DNA of 64,000 nucleotides, taken from NCBI GenBank assembly GCA_963728915.1, contig CAVSLV010000001.1, positions 992,001-1,056,000 on the forward strand, read 5' to 3'. Below, piece after piece: positions 52,200 to 62,823 of the stretch; the first letter of the stretch is position 1; the number at the start of each line of letters is the position of its first letter. The notes beneath the pieces are model-generated. The model did no database searches, was not told where the DNA came from, and worked only from the letters and a program-made list of their open reading frames with translations. The position numbers and the translations under genes are program-made. The DNA comes from an uncultured Gemmatimonadales bacterium. GTDB taxonomy: Bacteria > Gemmatimonadota > Gemmatimonadetes > Gemmatimonadales > GWC2-71-9.

Positions 52200-53647
52200 T
52201 ATGCCCGACCCCAGACCGCTTCGGTCACCGCCGGTTTGCCGGTCCAGATGCATCGAGCAGGGGCTTCCGGGCTTCGGAACTCCGGATCCGGAAGGACCCG
52301 GATCGTCGCCTTGGTTTGTTCCTTGATCTCGGCCTCGACCCCGGGGTCACCGCAGAAACCCGCGAAGACGAAGCCTCCATTTCCCTCCAGGAAATCGATG
52401 AACTCCTGTTTGGACTTCGGTCCGCGCAAGGTGTGCTGGTCCCGGCGAGCCGTCGCCGCGGCGAGGAGCTCGCGCTGCATGCGATCCATCTCCTGGATCA
52501 GCAGCTCGCCGGCGCCGCCCATCGGGATCGAGGCTTTGGGTCCGCCGGTTCGCCTGGCCAGCATCACGGTCTGGTTGGCCAGGTCCCGAGGGCCGAGCTC
52601 CAGTCGAAGCGGGACGCCCCTGGTTTCCCATTCGTAGTACTTGGCTCCCGGGGTCATTCCATCCCTCGCATCGAGATGGGCGCGAATGCCGGCAGCCCGC
52701 AGAGCTTGCAGGAGATGGTCTCCGGCCTCGCTGACCCGGACCCGGTCTTCATCGCTCTTCCAGATCGGCACGATGACGACCTGCCATTGCGCGAGCCGCG
52801 GCGGGCAAACCAGTCCCTTGTCGTCGCCATGGGTCATGATCAACCCACCCACCAGCCGGGTCGACACGCCCCAGGACGTGCTCCACACATGATCCAGCCC
52901 CCCATCGGCGGTCTGGAACGTCACGTCGAAGGCCTTGGCGAAGTTCTGCCCGAGGTGATGGCTGGTGCCCGCCTGAAGGCCCTTGTTGTCCTGCATCATG
53001 GCTTCGAGCGCGTAGGTGCGGACGGCGCCGGCGAATTTCTCGCTGTCGGTCTTGGGCCCGGTGAGCACCGGCATGGCCATCCATTCCTCCATGAACCGGC
53101 GATAAAGACCGAGGATGAGCCGCGCCTCCGTCTCGGCCTCGGCGTCGGTGGCGTGAGCGGTATGGCCTTCCTGCCAGAGAAACTCGGTGGTGCGAAGGAA
53201 TAGCCGGGTCCGAAGCTCCCAGCGGACCACGTTGGCCCACTGGTTGATCAGGACGGGGAGGTCGCGCCAGCTCTGGATCCACTTGGCGAACATCGCGTAG
53301 ATGATGGTCTCCGAGGTTGGACGCACCACCAGCGGCTCTTCCAGCTCCTTCCCTCCCCCATGGGTCACCACCGCGGTCTCCGGGGCGAATCCCTCGACGT
53401 GCTCGGCTTCCTTGTGCAGAAAGCTCTGGGGGATGAAGAGAGGGAAATAGGCGTTCTGGTGACCCGTCTCCTTGAACATCCGGTCCAGAGCGCGCTGCAT
53501 CTCCTCCCAGATGGCATAGCCGTTGGGACGAATCACCATGCAGCCGCGGACCGGGCTGTAGTCGGCCAGCTCGGCCTTCAGGATGAGCTCGTTGTACCAG
53601 GCCGAAAAATCCTGGGCTCGCGGGGTCAGTGCTTTGGCGTCGGCCAC
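52196..53647 (-). CDS. proS: Proline--tRNA ligase (archaeal/eukaryotic-like type)
   Basis: VRPTSET, LFLRTTEFLWQEGHT, QAGTSH, SWGVSTR, C-terminal RAY. Confidence 0.97.
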   Translation of the reverse strand: MADAKALTPRAQDFSAWYNELILKAELADYSPVRGCMVIRPNGYAIWEEMQRALDRMFKETGHQNAYFPLFIPQSFLHKEAEHVEGFAPETAVVTHGGGKELEEPLVVRPTSETIIYAMFAKWIQSWRDLPVLINQWANVVRWELRTRLFLRTTEFLWQEGHTAHATDAEAETEARLILGLYRRFMEEWMAMPVLTGPKTDSEKFAGAVRTYALEAMMQDNKGLQAGTSHHLGQNFAKAFDVTFQTADGGLDHVWSTSWGVSTRLVGGLIMTHGDDKGLVCPPRLAQWQVVIVPIWKSDEDRVRVSEAGDHLLQALRAAGIRAHLDARDGMTPGAKYYEWETRGVPLRLELGPRDLANQTVMLARRTGGPKASIPMGGAGELLIQEMDRMQRELLAAATARRDQHTLRGPKSKQEFIDFLEGNGGFVFAGFCGDPGVEAEIKEQTKATIRVLPDPEFRSPEAPARCIWTGKPAVTEAVWGRAY

Positions 53648-53650
53648 GGT

Positions 53651-54976
53651 TCAATGATTGGGTGAGAGGGTTGGGGCTGCACCGTCGGGAAGATCGAGCG
53701 CGGAGCGCAGCTCGAGGCCGATGCTGGTCAGGGGAACTTCGCGCTGGATCCCAGCCCCAAGGTCCCGGATAACCGCGGCTTCCCGGGCACACTCTTCAGG
53801 CCCGATAACCACCGCGAAACGGGCTGATCTGGCATTGGCCAGTTTGAGCTGCTTGGGCACCCGCTCCTGGGTCAGCGCGTACTCGACCCGGACGCCCTGT
53901 TCCCGAAGCGCGTGGGCCAGCTTCAGGACGATGGGGCGCTCTTCGCCGGTGACTGGCACCAGGAAGGCATCGATGCTGGGGGAGGCTGCCGGCACCAGCC
54001 CCCGCGCCTTGAGCAGCTCGGCCAGCACCACGTCGCCCATGCCGAAGCCGAGCGCCGGAAGCGAAACGCCACCTATCCGTTCCAGCAGATCATCGTACCG
54101 CCCCCCACCACAAATCGCCCGCAGCTCGCCCTGGGCATCGAAGAGCTCGAACACCGTGCCGGTGTAGTACGCGAGTCCCCGCACGATCGTCAGATCGAGA
54201 TCGAGGAAGTCACCCAGCCCCATCGCCTCGAGCGCGACCATGGTTTCCCGGAGGGCTTCGCCCGCTCCGGTGGTCATCGGGAAACGTGCCTCGAGATCGG
54301 CCCAGGTCCGAAGCTCGGGAACACTCTCCAGCGCGGACACCGACTCCGCGGAGGCGCCCGACTCGATCAGGGACCGCATCCGGGGGGAATACTCCGCCCG
54401 ACCCAGCTTGTCGATCGCCTGAAATGCGAGATCCTGGCGCTGGGCGCCGATCCCGGTTTCCTCCAGGAGAGCCGACAGCATGCGGCGATCGGAAAGCCTG
54501 ACTCGCACGTCGGCGGGTCCGAGCCCGAGCGCCCGCATCACATCAATCGCCAGCGCGATGATCTCGGCATCGGCCCCCGGACCGCCTTCTCCGATCAGGT
54601 CGCAATTGAGCTGGAAGTGCTCCCGGAGCCGCCCGCGCTGATGGCGCTCGTACCGGAAGAGCTGGGGAATCGAGAACCAGCGAATCGGCTTCTTGAGCCC
54701 ATTCGCCCGGGCCGCCACCATTCGGGCGAGGGTCGGGGTCAGCTCGGGGCGAAGGGCCACCGCCCGGTCGCCCTTGTCGACAAAGCTGTAGAGCTGTGCG
54801 ACGATCTCCTCGCCGCTTTTCCCGGTATAGAGCTCGAGTGGCTCGAGTGGCGGCCCGTCCCATTCGTCGAACCCGTAGCGACGGGCAACCCGGCGCATCG
54901 CATCGAAGATGTGATCGCGAAGGGCGAAGTCTTCAGGATAGAAATCGCGGAACCCTGGCAGGGCCTGGATCGGCAT
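53651..54976 (-). CDS. hisS: Histidine--tRNA ligase
   Basis: GFRDF, LRPELT, FRYER..RGRLREH, VRGLAYYTG, GGGRYD. Confidence 0.97.
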   Translation of the reverse strand: MPIQALPGFRDFYPEDFALRDHIFDAMRRVARRYGFDEWDGPPLEPLELYTGKSGEEIVAQLYSFVDKGDRAVALRPELTPTLARMVAARANGLKKPIRWFSIPQLFRYERHQRGRLREHFQLNCDLIGEGGPGADAEIIALAIDVMRALGLGPADVRVRLSDRRMLSALLEETGIGAQRQDLAFQAIDKLGRAEYSPRMRSLIESGASAESVSALESVPELRTWADLEARFPMTTGAGEALRETMVALEAMGLGDFLDLDLTIVRGLAYYTGTVFELFDAQGELRAICGGGRYDDLLERIGGVSLPALGFGMGDVVLAELLKARGLVPAASPSIDAFLVPVTGEERPIVLKLAHALREQGVRVEYALTQERVPKQLKLANARSARFAVVIGPEECAREAAVIRDLGAGIQREVPLTSIGLELRSALDLPDGAAPTLSPNH

Positions 54977-54999
54977 CGGGAAAAGATAAGCGGAACCGG

Positions 55000-56214
55000 C
55001 TAGAAGCCGACTTCCGACATGACGTCACCGACGGTGTGAAAAGACCCGGTTACCAGCACGGTCCCCGCCCCTTCCTGAACCTGGCACAACGCTTCCCTGA
55101 AGTCGGGCACCAGCTGCCAGGCGGCTTGGGCCCGAGGACGGTTCGGGTCTTTGAGCCATTGCCGGAGCCAGTCCACATTCCACCGCCGCCCTTCCGCACT
55201 CGGCGTCACCGTCAGGATGCCCCGGTCGACCTCGCGATCCAGCCGGACCAGCATCTCGGCCCAGGCCTTTTCGCCCAGGATCGAGACCAGCGCGTGCAGC
55301 GGTCTTGGGAGATCGAGCTCCCGGAGCGCGGCACAGAGCGCTTCGACCCCATCAGGATTGTGGGCGACATCAAAGAGCCACTTACCCCGTCGATCGAGAC
55401 GGCCGGGAACGGTAACCTGCTGGAAACCGGCCTGAATCGCCGCTTCGGAAGGTCGGTATGGCCTTGGGAGGGACTCCAGAACTTCCCTTGCCACCGCGGC
55501 ATTTCGTCGTTGATGGGCGCCGAGCAACGCCAATGGACCCTGGTAGCGGTCATCGGCGGGGACCACCCGGGCGTCGAGCTCTCCCGCGGTCGCCCGGCCG
55601 GCTTCTTCGGTCAGCACCGCGACGAGGTCAGGGCGGGTCTCGCCGACAATGAACGGCGCCCCGGGTTTCGCGATCCACGCCTTCTCGCGGGCGATGGCCT
55701 CGAGCGTATCGCCCAGGTACTTCTGATGATCCATTTCGATCTTGGTGACCGCGCTTGCCAGGGGACGCACCACATTGGTACTGTCGAGCCGTCCGCCCAG
55801 CCCAACCTCGATCACGGCGATGTCGCTGGCCCGAGCGGCGAGGTCGGCGAAGGCGATCGCGGTGGTCACTTCAAAGAAGGTGGCGCCGAGCTCGTCGGCC
55901 AGGGGTCGAAGCCGGTCCACCCACATCGCGACGGCCGCCTCTCCGATGGGGAGGCCGTCCACCTGGATCCGTTCGGGAAACCGGACCAGATGGGGTGAGG
56001 TGTAGGTGCCCACCCGAAAACCCATAACCCGCAGCGCTCCGGCCATGAGCGCGGTGACGCTTCCCTTCCCGTTGGTGCCGCCGACGTGAATGGTGGGATA
56101 GACCGCCTGGGGATCGCCCAGCAAGCCGAGCAGCCGCCGGGTCGTTTCCAGACCGAACTTGATCTGGCTGACCCGTGGGTAGAGATAGGCGAGGGCGTCC
56201 TGGTAGGAAAGCAT
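55000..56214 (-). CDS. folC: Folylpolyglutamate synthase/dihydrofolate synthase
   Basis: GTNGKGS, YTSPHL, EVGLGGRLDSTN, DVAHN, TGSF. Confidence 0.96.
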   Translation of the reverse strand: MLSYQDALAYLYPRVSQIKFGLETTRRLLGLLGDPQAVYPTIHVGGTNGKGSVTALMAGALRVMGFRVGTYTSPHLVRFPERIQVDGLPIGEAAVAMWVDRLRPLADELGATFFEVTTAIAFADLAARASDIAVIEVGLGGRLDSTNVVRPLASAVTKIEMDHQKYLGDTLEAIAREKAWIAKPGAPFIVGETRPDLVAVLTEEAGRATAGELDARVVPADDRYQGPLALLGAHQRRNAAVAREVLESLPRPYRPSEAAIQAGFQQVTVPGRLDRRGKWLFDVAHNPDGVEALCAALRELDLPRPLHALVSILGEKAWAEMLVRLDREVDRGILTVTPSAEGRRWNVDWLRQWLKDPNRPRAQAAWQLVPDFREALCQVQEGAGTVLVTGSFHTVGDVMSEVGF

Positions 56215-56255
56215 GGCAGCGACCGGTTCCCGGAGACCGGCCCACCGGTTGCGAG

Positions 56256-57113
56256 TTACTCGTCCCCGGTCGCCGCCTCGGCACCGGACATGTGCCGGAT
56301 CAGCCGAGCGGTGGTTTCCCGCAGGGAGGGCCGGGTCACCACGTCGTCAATCTGGCCGTGCTCGAGAAGGAACTCGGCCGTCTGGAACCCCTCGGGGAGA
56401 TCCTGACCGATCGTCTGCTTGATCACCCGCTGCCCCGCGAAGCCGATGACGGCCCCGGGCTCCGCGAGCACTACGTCGCCCTGCATGGCGAAGGAGGCCG
56501 ACACGCCTCCGGTGGTGGGATTGGTGAGAATCGTGAGGAACGGGACCGCGGCGATCTTCACTTCGGCGATGGCTGCCGAGGTCTTGGCCATCTGCATGAG
56601 CGAGAGCACCCCCTCCTGCATCCGGGCCCCGCCGGAGGTGCAGACCAGCACCAGCGGAATGCGCTTGTCGGCGGAGCGGCGCGCCAGGCGGGCAACCTTC
56701 TCCCCGACCACCGATCCCATCGACCCACCCATGAAGGCGAAGTTCATCACCCCAAAGTGGGTCGGAATGCCTTCCAGCCGGCCCAGGCCGGCATAGATCG
56801 CCTCCGAGCCGCCGGCCTTCTTGGTAGCGGCCTCGAAGCGTTCTCGATAATTCTCGAATCCGAGGGGGTCTTCGGAGCGGAGGGTTCCGTACAGCTCACG
56901 CCAGGTACCGGGGTCGGCGAGCAGCTCGATGTACTCTTCGGCGGTGTAGCGACGGTGATGCCCGCATTCGGGACAGACGTTGAGCGCCTTCTCGAATCGC
57001 TCCCGGATGTCGACGTGGCCGCAGTTCTCACAGCGCTCCCAGGCATCTCGAGGAATCTCGAGCCTGGTGCGTTGGGAAATGCGTTGTCGGCGTTCTTTCT
57101 TGAACCAGGCCAT
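56256..57113 (-). CDS. accD: Acetyl-CoA carboxylase carboxyltransferase beta subunit
   Basis: CENC...CPEC zinc finger, FMGGSMG, SGGARMQEG, PTTGGV; start at 57113 or 57122. Confidence 0.96.
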   Translation of the reverse strand: MAWFKKERRQRISQRTRLEIPRDAWERCENCGHVDIRERFEKALNVCPECGHHRRYTAEEYIELLADPGTWRELYGTLRSEDPLGFENYRERFEAATKKAGGSEAIYAGLGRLEGIPTHFGVMNFAFMGGSMGSVVGEKVARLARRSADKRIPLVLVCTSGGARMQEGVLSLMQMAKTSAAIAEVKIAAVPFLTILTNPTTGGVSASFAMQGDVVLAEPGAVIGFAGQRVIKQTIGQDLPEGFQTAEFLLEHGQIDDVVTRPSLRETTARLIRHMSGAEAATGDE

Positions 57114-57218
57114 CACGGCCATAGGGCAGCGTCGGAGACCATGGATTCCGCGGCAGGGATAAAATGCAATCTGGCGCAATCCCTGTCGGGCCGCCAGTGC
57201 CATGCGGCTAAGTCCTTG

Positions 57219-58460
57219 TCAGGGCTCAGCATAACCGGCGAGCCGAGAGTCCCAGGCCACCCGGAAAACCAGTCCCAGGCCGATCCCAACCGCGAGGAGG
57301 AAGGACCCTCCGTAGGAGAAAAACGGGAGCGGGATCCCGGTGATCGGCATGAGATTGATGGTCATGCCCACGTTCTCGAACAAATGGGTGAACAGAATCC
57401 CGAGCACCCCGAACACGACCAGGCTGGAAAAAGGATCGGTGGCGCGACGGGCGATCCGGAGAATCACCAGGAAGAGCCAGAGAAAGAGACCCAAGGCGAC
57501 CAGGACGCCGACGAAGCCGAGCTCCTCCCCCACGACCGCGAAGATGAAATCGGTGTACTGCTCGGGCAGGAATGCCAGGCGTTTCTGGGGGCCGTTGAGA
57601 AAGCCGTTCCCGAAGAGCCCCCCTGACCCCACCGCGACCTTGGATTGAATGGCCTGGTATCCCGAATGGATTGGGTCGCTGTAGGGATTCAGAAACGTGA
57701 TCAGACGTTGCCGCTGGTAGTCCTTGAGGCGGTTCCATAGCAGGATCGCCAGCACGCCCATCGCGGAATTGACCACGTAGATGAGCACGCCTTCCACGAT
57801 ATAGGACCGCCAGAATACCAGCAGCAGGAAGAGCAGCACCATCCAGGCGCCCCACCACCCGGTGCTCCCGGCCAGCAACAGGCTGATGACCGGAGAGGCG
57901 AGCAGCACGAGAAGGCGAGGCGAGACGCCGGCCCAGAACAGCATCGCGAAGAGGATCCCCACGAAAACGATCGCGCTACCCAGATCCGGCTGGGCCATGA
58001 CGAGCAGCACCGGCACCGCGACGATCAGGCAGGGACGAAACAAAGCTCGCAGGGTGCGGGGCGGTTCCCGCGAGGAGGAGAGATAGCGGGCCAGCATCAG
58101 GACAGTTCCGAGCTTGGCGAGCTCGACCGGCTGCCCCAGACGATGCCCCGCGATGGTGAGCCAGCTCTTGGTGGCCGCGGCCGTGCCCGACCCGGTACCG
58201 ACAAAAAGAAGCAGGACCAGCGCGGCGAGTCCGATCCCGAAAACGCCCGGAGCCGCCCATTCGAGCAGCCGGAAGTTCACCCGGAATACCAGGGCACCTG
58301 CCACGCCGGCGAGCCCGGCCCAGGCGAGCTGGCGTTGCCAGGCGTTCCGGGCCACCGTGGGGACATCGGTCTGGCCGGCGGAATACACCATCAGAATGCC
58401 GAACGCGGTGAGCGCCATCACCGCGAGGAGGAGCTGCCGGTCGATCCCTCCCCGCCTCAT
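57219..58460 (-). CDS. rodA: Rod shape-determining SEDS protein RodA
   Basis: QPVELAK, QPDLGSA, LPEQYTDFIF, SYGGS; follows mrdA. Confidence 0.95.
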   Translation of the reverse strand: MRRGGIDRQLLLAVMALTAFGILMVYSAGQTDVPTVARNAWQRQLAWAGLAGVAGALVFRVNFRLLEWAAPGVFGIGLAALVLLLFVGTGSGTAAATKSWLTIAGHRLGQPVELAKLGTVLMLARYLSSSREPPRTLRALFRPCLIVAVPVLLVMAQPDLGSAIVFVGILFAMLFWAGVSPRLLVLLASPVISLLLAGSTGWWGAWMVLLFLLLVFWRSYIVEGVLIYVVNSAMGVLAILLWNRLKDYQRQRLITFLNPYSDPIHSGYQAIQSKVAVGSGGLFGNGFLNGPQKRLAFLPEQYTDFIFAVVGEELGFVGVLVALGLFLWLFLVILRIARRATDPFSSLVVFGVLGILFTHLFENVGMTINLMPITGIPLPFFSYGGSFLLAVGIGLGLVFRVAWDSRLAGYAEP

Positions 58461-60349
58461 CTGGGCCGGATCGGAGCTCCGCCCCCCGGGCGCCGCACCG
58501 CACGCGTGGTATCGGGACGCAGCGTGTCGGGACCGATGTCCACCGGCGCCACCACCGAGTCCTCCACCACCGAGAAGCGGACCGGCGATTTGGCCATCGC
58601 GGGATTGAGCTCGGTGAGATAGTGCTTGATCACCTGGGCAACGTAGGGAGCCACCACCGTGCCGTGCAGCTTGAACTCCATGATGCTGCCGACCACGATC
58701 TTCGGGTTATCGGCCGGGGCGAATCCAATGAACCAGCCGTGGTCCGGACCGTGGGGATTCTGGGCCGTGCCGGTCTTCCCCGCCATGTTGATCTCACGCC
58801 CGCCGCTCGCTGCCGCCGTGCCGCGCTGCACCACGCTGGAGAGGGCCTCCCGAATACCGGCCAGCTGGACCGAGTCCAGTCCCAGCGAAATCGTGCTCGA
58901 GTCGGATCGCTGCACCAGATACGGCGCGGCGAGAGTGCCGTCACCGGCGAGCGCGGCGTAGAACCGCATCATGTTGATCAGAGTCTGGGAATTCTCGCCC
59001 TGCCCGATCGAGAGATTGAGGGTGACCGCATTGGTCCAGCCCCGGGGACCTCGCAGCCGGTCGTAGTAGGCGGTATTGGCCGGCCACAGGGGCCGGATCT
59101 CATGACCCAGGTCAATGCCGGTACGGTCCCCGAAGCCCATCTTGGTTCCGTCTTCGAGGATGTTGGGCAGTCCGAGCCGGAGGCCGAGCTGGTAGAAGTA
59201 GGCATCGCAGCTCTGCCGGATGGCGCCCGCCAGGTCGAGCGCCCCGTGCCCTTCCGGCTTCCAGCAGCGGAAGAACCGGTTGCCGTATTGAAACCCGCCC
59301 CGGCAGGGTTCCGGCATCTTGGTATCCAGCGTGGCGACCCCGCGCCGCAAGGCCATCACCGCGAGCGCAAGCTTGAACGTCGAAGCGGGCGGATAGGTCC
59401 CTCGCACCGCCCGATTCATCAGGGGCTTGGCGTCGTCGTTCATCAGGGCGTCCCACTTGTCGGTCGGAATACCGCCGATGAAATCATTCGGATCGAAGGC
59501 GGGAGCCGAGAAAAGCGCCAGGATCTCGCCGCTCGGGGTCATCGCCACCATCGCCCCGCGGGTCCCCGGCATCGCGGCGTTCCACAAACTGTCGATATAG
59601 AGCTGGAGCGGCAGATCGATCGTGGTCCGGACTGGAAGGCCACGAATCGGCGCGAGCGAAGCGGCCGCAACTTCTTCCCGCACCATTCTGCCGCGGGCAT
59701 CGACTTCGGTGAACTGGACTCCATCGGTGCCCCGAAGCTCGTCGTCGTATTCTTCCTCGAGGCCATCCCGGCCAACCAGCGATCCCATGCGGGCGCTCCC
59801 GAATCGCCCCCGCTTGAGCTCGTCCTCGGAGACCTCACCGACGTACCCGACCAGATGAGCCACGGCGCTCCCGCCGGTATAGATCCGCTTCGGCTCGGTC
59901 TGGATGACCAGCCCCGGCAGGGAGTAACGGTGTTCCTCCAGCCGGGACACGGTCTCGAACGGCGCGCCGGTGAAAACCACCGCGGGCTGATAGGGCGCCT
60001 CCCCGTAGCGGCGGACCACCGACTCGATCCCCGAGCTGTCGAGCGCTACCAGGCGGCTCACCCGGTCGAGGACCGCCCGCAAGGAATCGCGCGAGGGCGC
60101 GAACAGCTTCACGGTGTACCCCGGGACGTTGTCGGCGATCACCCGTCCCTTCCGGTCGAGGATTTCCCCGCGGGGCGCGAGCAGCATGACCTGGCGAAGC
60201 CGGTTCTTCTGGGATTGCAGCCGGTAGGCGCTCACCTCGACCACCTGGGTCCGGAAGAAGGCGCCGCTCAGCACCAGAAAGACCAGGGCCAGGATCACCC
60301 TGGTGATGAAGGTGCGTTCTCGCAGCCGCTCCGAGGTGAACGCGCTCAT
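58457..60349 (-). CDS. mrdA: Penicillin-binding protein 2
   Basis: APRGEILDR, PASTFK (SxxK), SCD, GKTGTAQ. Confidence 0.95.
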   Translation of the reverse strand: MSAFTSERLRERTFITRVILALVFLVLSGAFFRTQVVEVSAYRLQSQKNRLRQVMLLAPRGEILDRKGRVIADNVPGYTVKLFAPSRDSLRAVLDRVSRLVALDSSGIESVVRRYGEAPYQPAVVFTGAPFETVSRLEEHRYSLPGLVIQTEPKRIYTGGSAVAHLVGYVGEVSEDELKRGRFGSARMGSLVGRDGLEEEYDDELRGTDGVQFTEVDARGRMVREEVAAASLAPIRGLPVRTTIDLPLQLYIDSLWNAAMPGTRGAMVAMTPSGEILALFSAPAFDPNDFIGGIPTDKWDALMNDDAKPLMNRAVRGTYPPASTFKLALAVMALRRGVATLDTKMPEPCRGGFQYGNRFFRCWKPEGHGALDLAGAIRQSCDAYFYQLGLRLGLPNILEDGTKMGFGDRTGIDLGHEIRPLWPANTAYYDRLRGPRGWTNAVTLNLSIGQGENSQTLINMMRFYAALAGDGTLAAPYLVQRSDSSTISLGLDSVQLAGIREALSSVVQRGTAAASGGREINMAGKTGTAQNPHGPDHGWFIGFAPADNPKIVVGSIMEFKLHGTVVAPYVAQVIKHYLTELNPAMAKSPVRFSVVEDSVVAPVDIGPDTLRPDTTRAVRRPGGGAPIRPR

Positions 60350-60362
60350 TCGGCCCGGTTCC

Positions 60363-60860
60363 TCAGGTCGCGATCCGGATGGCGAACCAGTTCCGGAAGA
60401 AGATCAGCACCACGGTCCCGGCGAGCGCCGTCGTCACCGCCTGGAGCGGCGTCCAGACCAGGAACTCCCGGCTGGCGAGCATGCCAAGCGAAGCGCCGCT
60501 GGCAACCAGCAGGATCGCATTCCGCAGCACCACCGCCCCCGCGAAGAAGCCGGCGTTCACCATCAGATTGTGGGGGAAGAACACCGCCCGACCCCAGGCG
60601 GCGAGGTAACCGACGACGGTATGCGCCAGCGCCCCCGCCCCGAAATGCGCCGGGGTCAGCACGTCGGTCACCAGGCCTACGAAGAACCCGGCCACCGCCC
60701 CCGCTCCCGGCCGCGCCCCAGTGGCGAAGAGCATCAGTCCGAGGATCAGGAAGTCCGGCGCCGCCCGCCCATCCCAGATTCTGGGGCGAACGTAGAAGTG
60801 CAACGCCAGGAGTAATACGAAACCGAGAACCAGCCGGCCGGAACCGCGGCGGAGATTCAC
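60363..60860 (-). CDS. mreD: Rod shape-determining protein MreD
   Basis: Hydrophobic protein with PDF and GFFVGLVTD; GTG 60860 overlaps the mreC stop. Confidence 0.9.
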   Translation of the reverse strand: MNLRRGSGRLVLGFVLLLALHFYVRPRIWDGRAAPDFLILGLMLFATGARPGAGAVAGFFVGLVTDVLTPAHFGAGALAHTVVGYLAAWGRAVFFPHNLMVNAGFFAGAVVLRNAILLVASGASLGMLASREFLVWTPLQAVTTALAGTVVLIFFRNWFAIRIAT

Positions 60861-61708
60861 GGGCGGCCCGCCGTCCCCCCGCTGCCCAGCCCACTCCCGG
60901 TCACGGGACGAAGCACCAGCACGTGGGAAATCCGCCCCGGATTGGCCAGCGGCGCGAGCCGGTAGATCCGTTCCCAGCCAAGCTCCTCTTTGCGCACGCC
61001 GAGCACCCGGCCGATCGGAATCCCGCGCGGATAGACGCCCCCTAACCCGGAGGTCACGACCTCCGTGCCCGCCGCCACGGTATCCCGGAAGGCGACCCCG
61101 CGAAGCTCCAGGAAGGTCTCGCTGGGATCGCTGTTGGGCGACGGCGCCACGATCCCGAGCACGGCACCATCCACGCTCGCCGCGCTGACCCGGAATTCGG
61201 GATGCGACCAGGTCATGGCCACCGAGCTCCGTCCGCTCGTGGTCAGCACGACTCCGACCAGGCCTTCGGGCGCGACGACCGGGCTCCCCGCGATCACTCC
61301 GTCCGCCTGGCCCGCCGAGAGCAGCAGGGTCTGGCCATCGGTCGGGACCACCTGGTGCAGGACCTCGGCGGGGATCGAGCTCAACCGTTCCCGCGATTTC
61401 AGTCCGAGCAGAGCCCGCAGCCGCTGGTTTTCCGCCACAATCTCGGGGAGGGTCTGCGCCGCATACGCCGCCGAATCCCGCTGGGCCTGGAGCGCCTCGA
61501 ACCTCGAACGGCTGGTGCGCCCCTCGGCGGCCCGCTCCTGGAGCCAGAGGACCGGCATCAGCGCCGTCCCGCGCAGTCGTTCCGCCAGCGCGAAGCTCCA
61601 GCGATCCGGGAGGGCGATCGCCCCGAGGGAGAGGACCAGGCACCCCAGGAGCAGAAGCTGGTCGCCGCGCGAGGTCCGGTCATCGAAACCGCTCCGGGGA
61701 TACCTCAT
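60857..61708 (-). CDS. mreC: Rod shape-determining protein MreC
   Basis: ENQRLRALL, GLVG, VTSGLGGVYPRGIPIG. Confidence 0.93.
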   Translation of the reverse strand: MRYPRSGFDDRTSRGDQLLLLGCLVLSLGAIALPDRWSFALAERLRGTALMPVLWLQERAAEGRTSRSRFEALQAQRDSAAYAAQTLPEIVAENQRLRALLGLKSRERLSSIPAEVLHQVVPTDGQTLLLSAGQADGVIAGSPVVAPEGLVGVVLTTSGRSSVAMTWSHPEFRVSAASVDGAVLGIVAPSPNSDPSETFLELRGVAFRDTVAAGTEVVTSGLGGVYPRGIPIGRVLGVRKEELGWERIYRLAPLANPGRISHVLVLRPVTGSGLGSGGTAGRP

Positions 61709-61711
61709 CGA

Positions 61712-62746
61712 TTACGAGCTGAGGACGCTGCGATACTTTTCGAAATCGTCGAGGATCCGCCCGGTCCCTCGTACCACGCAGGTCAGGGGGTCCTCGTCGA
61801 GGTGGATCGGGAGTCCGGTCTCCTGCTGGAGCAGGAGATCGAGCCCCCGGATCAGGGCCCCCCCGCCGGTCATGATGATGCCGCGGTCCACGATATCACT
61901 GGCGAGCTCCGGCGGCGTGATTTCGAGGGCGCGTCGCACCGCGTCCACGATCTGCTGCACCGGTTCCTGAATCGACTCCCGGATTTCGCTGGAATGCACC
62001 CGCACCGTCTTGGGAATCCCGGACACCAGGTCCCTGCCCTTCACTTCCATCTCTTTCTCTTCGCCGATCGGATAGGCCGAGCCGATCTTGATCTTGATGG
62101 CTTCGGCGGTCGGCTCTCCGACCAGCAGGTTGTAGTTCTTCCGCATGAACTGCACGATCGCCTGGTCCAGCTCGTCACCGCCGGTCCGAATCGAGGTGTC
62201 ACTCACGATGCCGGAGAGCGCGATCACCGCGATCTCGGTGGTCCCCCCCCCGATGTCGATGACCATGTTGCCGGTCGGGGTTTCGACCGGCAGCCCGACG
62301 CCGATCGCAGCCGCCATCGGCTCGGCCACCATGAGCACCTGTTTGGCGCCGGCGGTCTCCGCAGAATCGCGGACCGCGCGACGCTCCACCTCGGTGATCC
62401 CGGAGGGCACACACACGATCACCCGTGGTTTCACGCGGAAGATGTGCTTGTCGATGATGGTCTTGAGGAAATACCGCAGCATCTTTTCGGTGACGTCGAA
62501 ATCGGCGATCACGCCGTCCTTGAGAGGACGAACCGCGATGATGCCGTCCGGGGTGCGGCCCAGCATCCGTTTCGCCTCGAGACCGACGCCCTTGATCTTC
62601 CCCGTCGCGCGTTCCAGCGCCACGACCGAGGGCTCGTTGAGGACGATGCCTTCTCCCCGGACATAAATGAGCGTATTCGCGGTGCCCAGATCCACCGCGA
62701 TCTCATTGGCAGGGAGGAAACTGCCCAGTTTCCAGGATGAAAACAT
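61712..62746 (-). CDS. mreB: Actin-like protein MreB
   Basis: DLGTANT, RPLKDGVIADF, DIGGGTT, TGGGAL. Confidence 0.97.
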   Translation of the reverse strand: MFSSWKLGSFLPANEIAVDLGTANTLIYVRGEGIVLNEPSVVALERATGKIKGVGLEAKRMLGRTPDGIIAVRPLKDGVIADFDVTEKMLRYFLKTIIDKHIFRVKPRVIVCVPSGITEVERRAVRDSAETAGAKQVLMVAEPMAAAIGVGLPVETPTGNMVIDIGGGTTEIAVIALSGIVSDTSIRTGGDELDQAIVQFMRKNYNLLVGEPTAEAIKIKIGSAYPIGEEKEMEVKGRDLVSGIPKTVRVHSSEIRESIQEPVQQIVDAVRRALEITPPELASDIVDRGIIMTGGGALIRGLDLLLQQETGLPIHLDEDPLTCVVRGTGRILDDFEKYRSVLSS

Positions 62747-62823
62747 TCTCGCGGGGGAACCGGAGTGAGAGCTAAAAGCTATCCTAATGGTTGGCTTACA
62801 CTTCCACAAGCGGCGGGCGGGTT

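Noticed and set aside
52196..53647. Archaeal/eukaryotic-type ProRS as evidence of recent HGT
   Set aside because: This type is widespread in bacteria and sits in a core operon with normal composition
62791..62810. CTTCCACA upstream of mreB as a DnaA box or origin
   Set aside because: Single imperfect match, no box cluster or unwinding element
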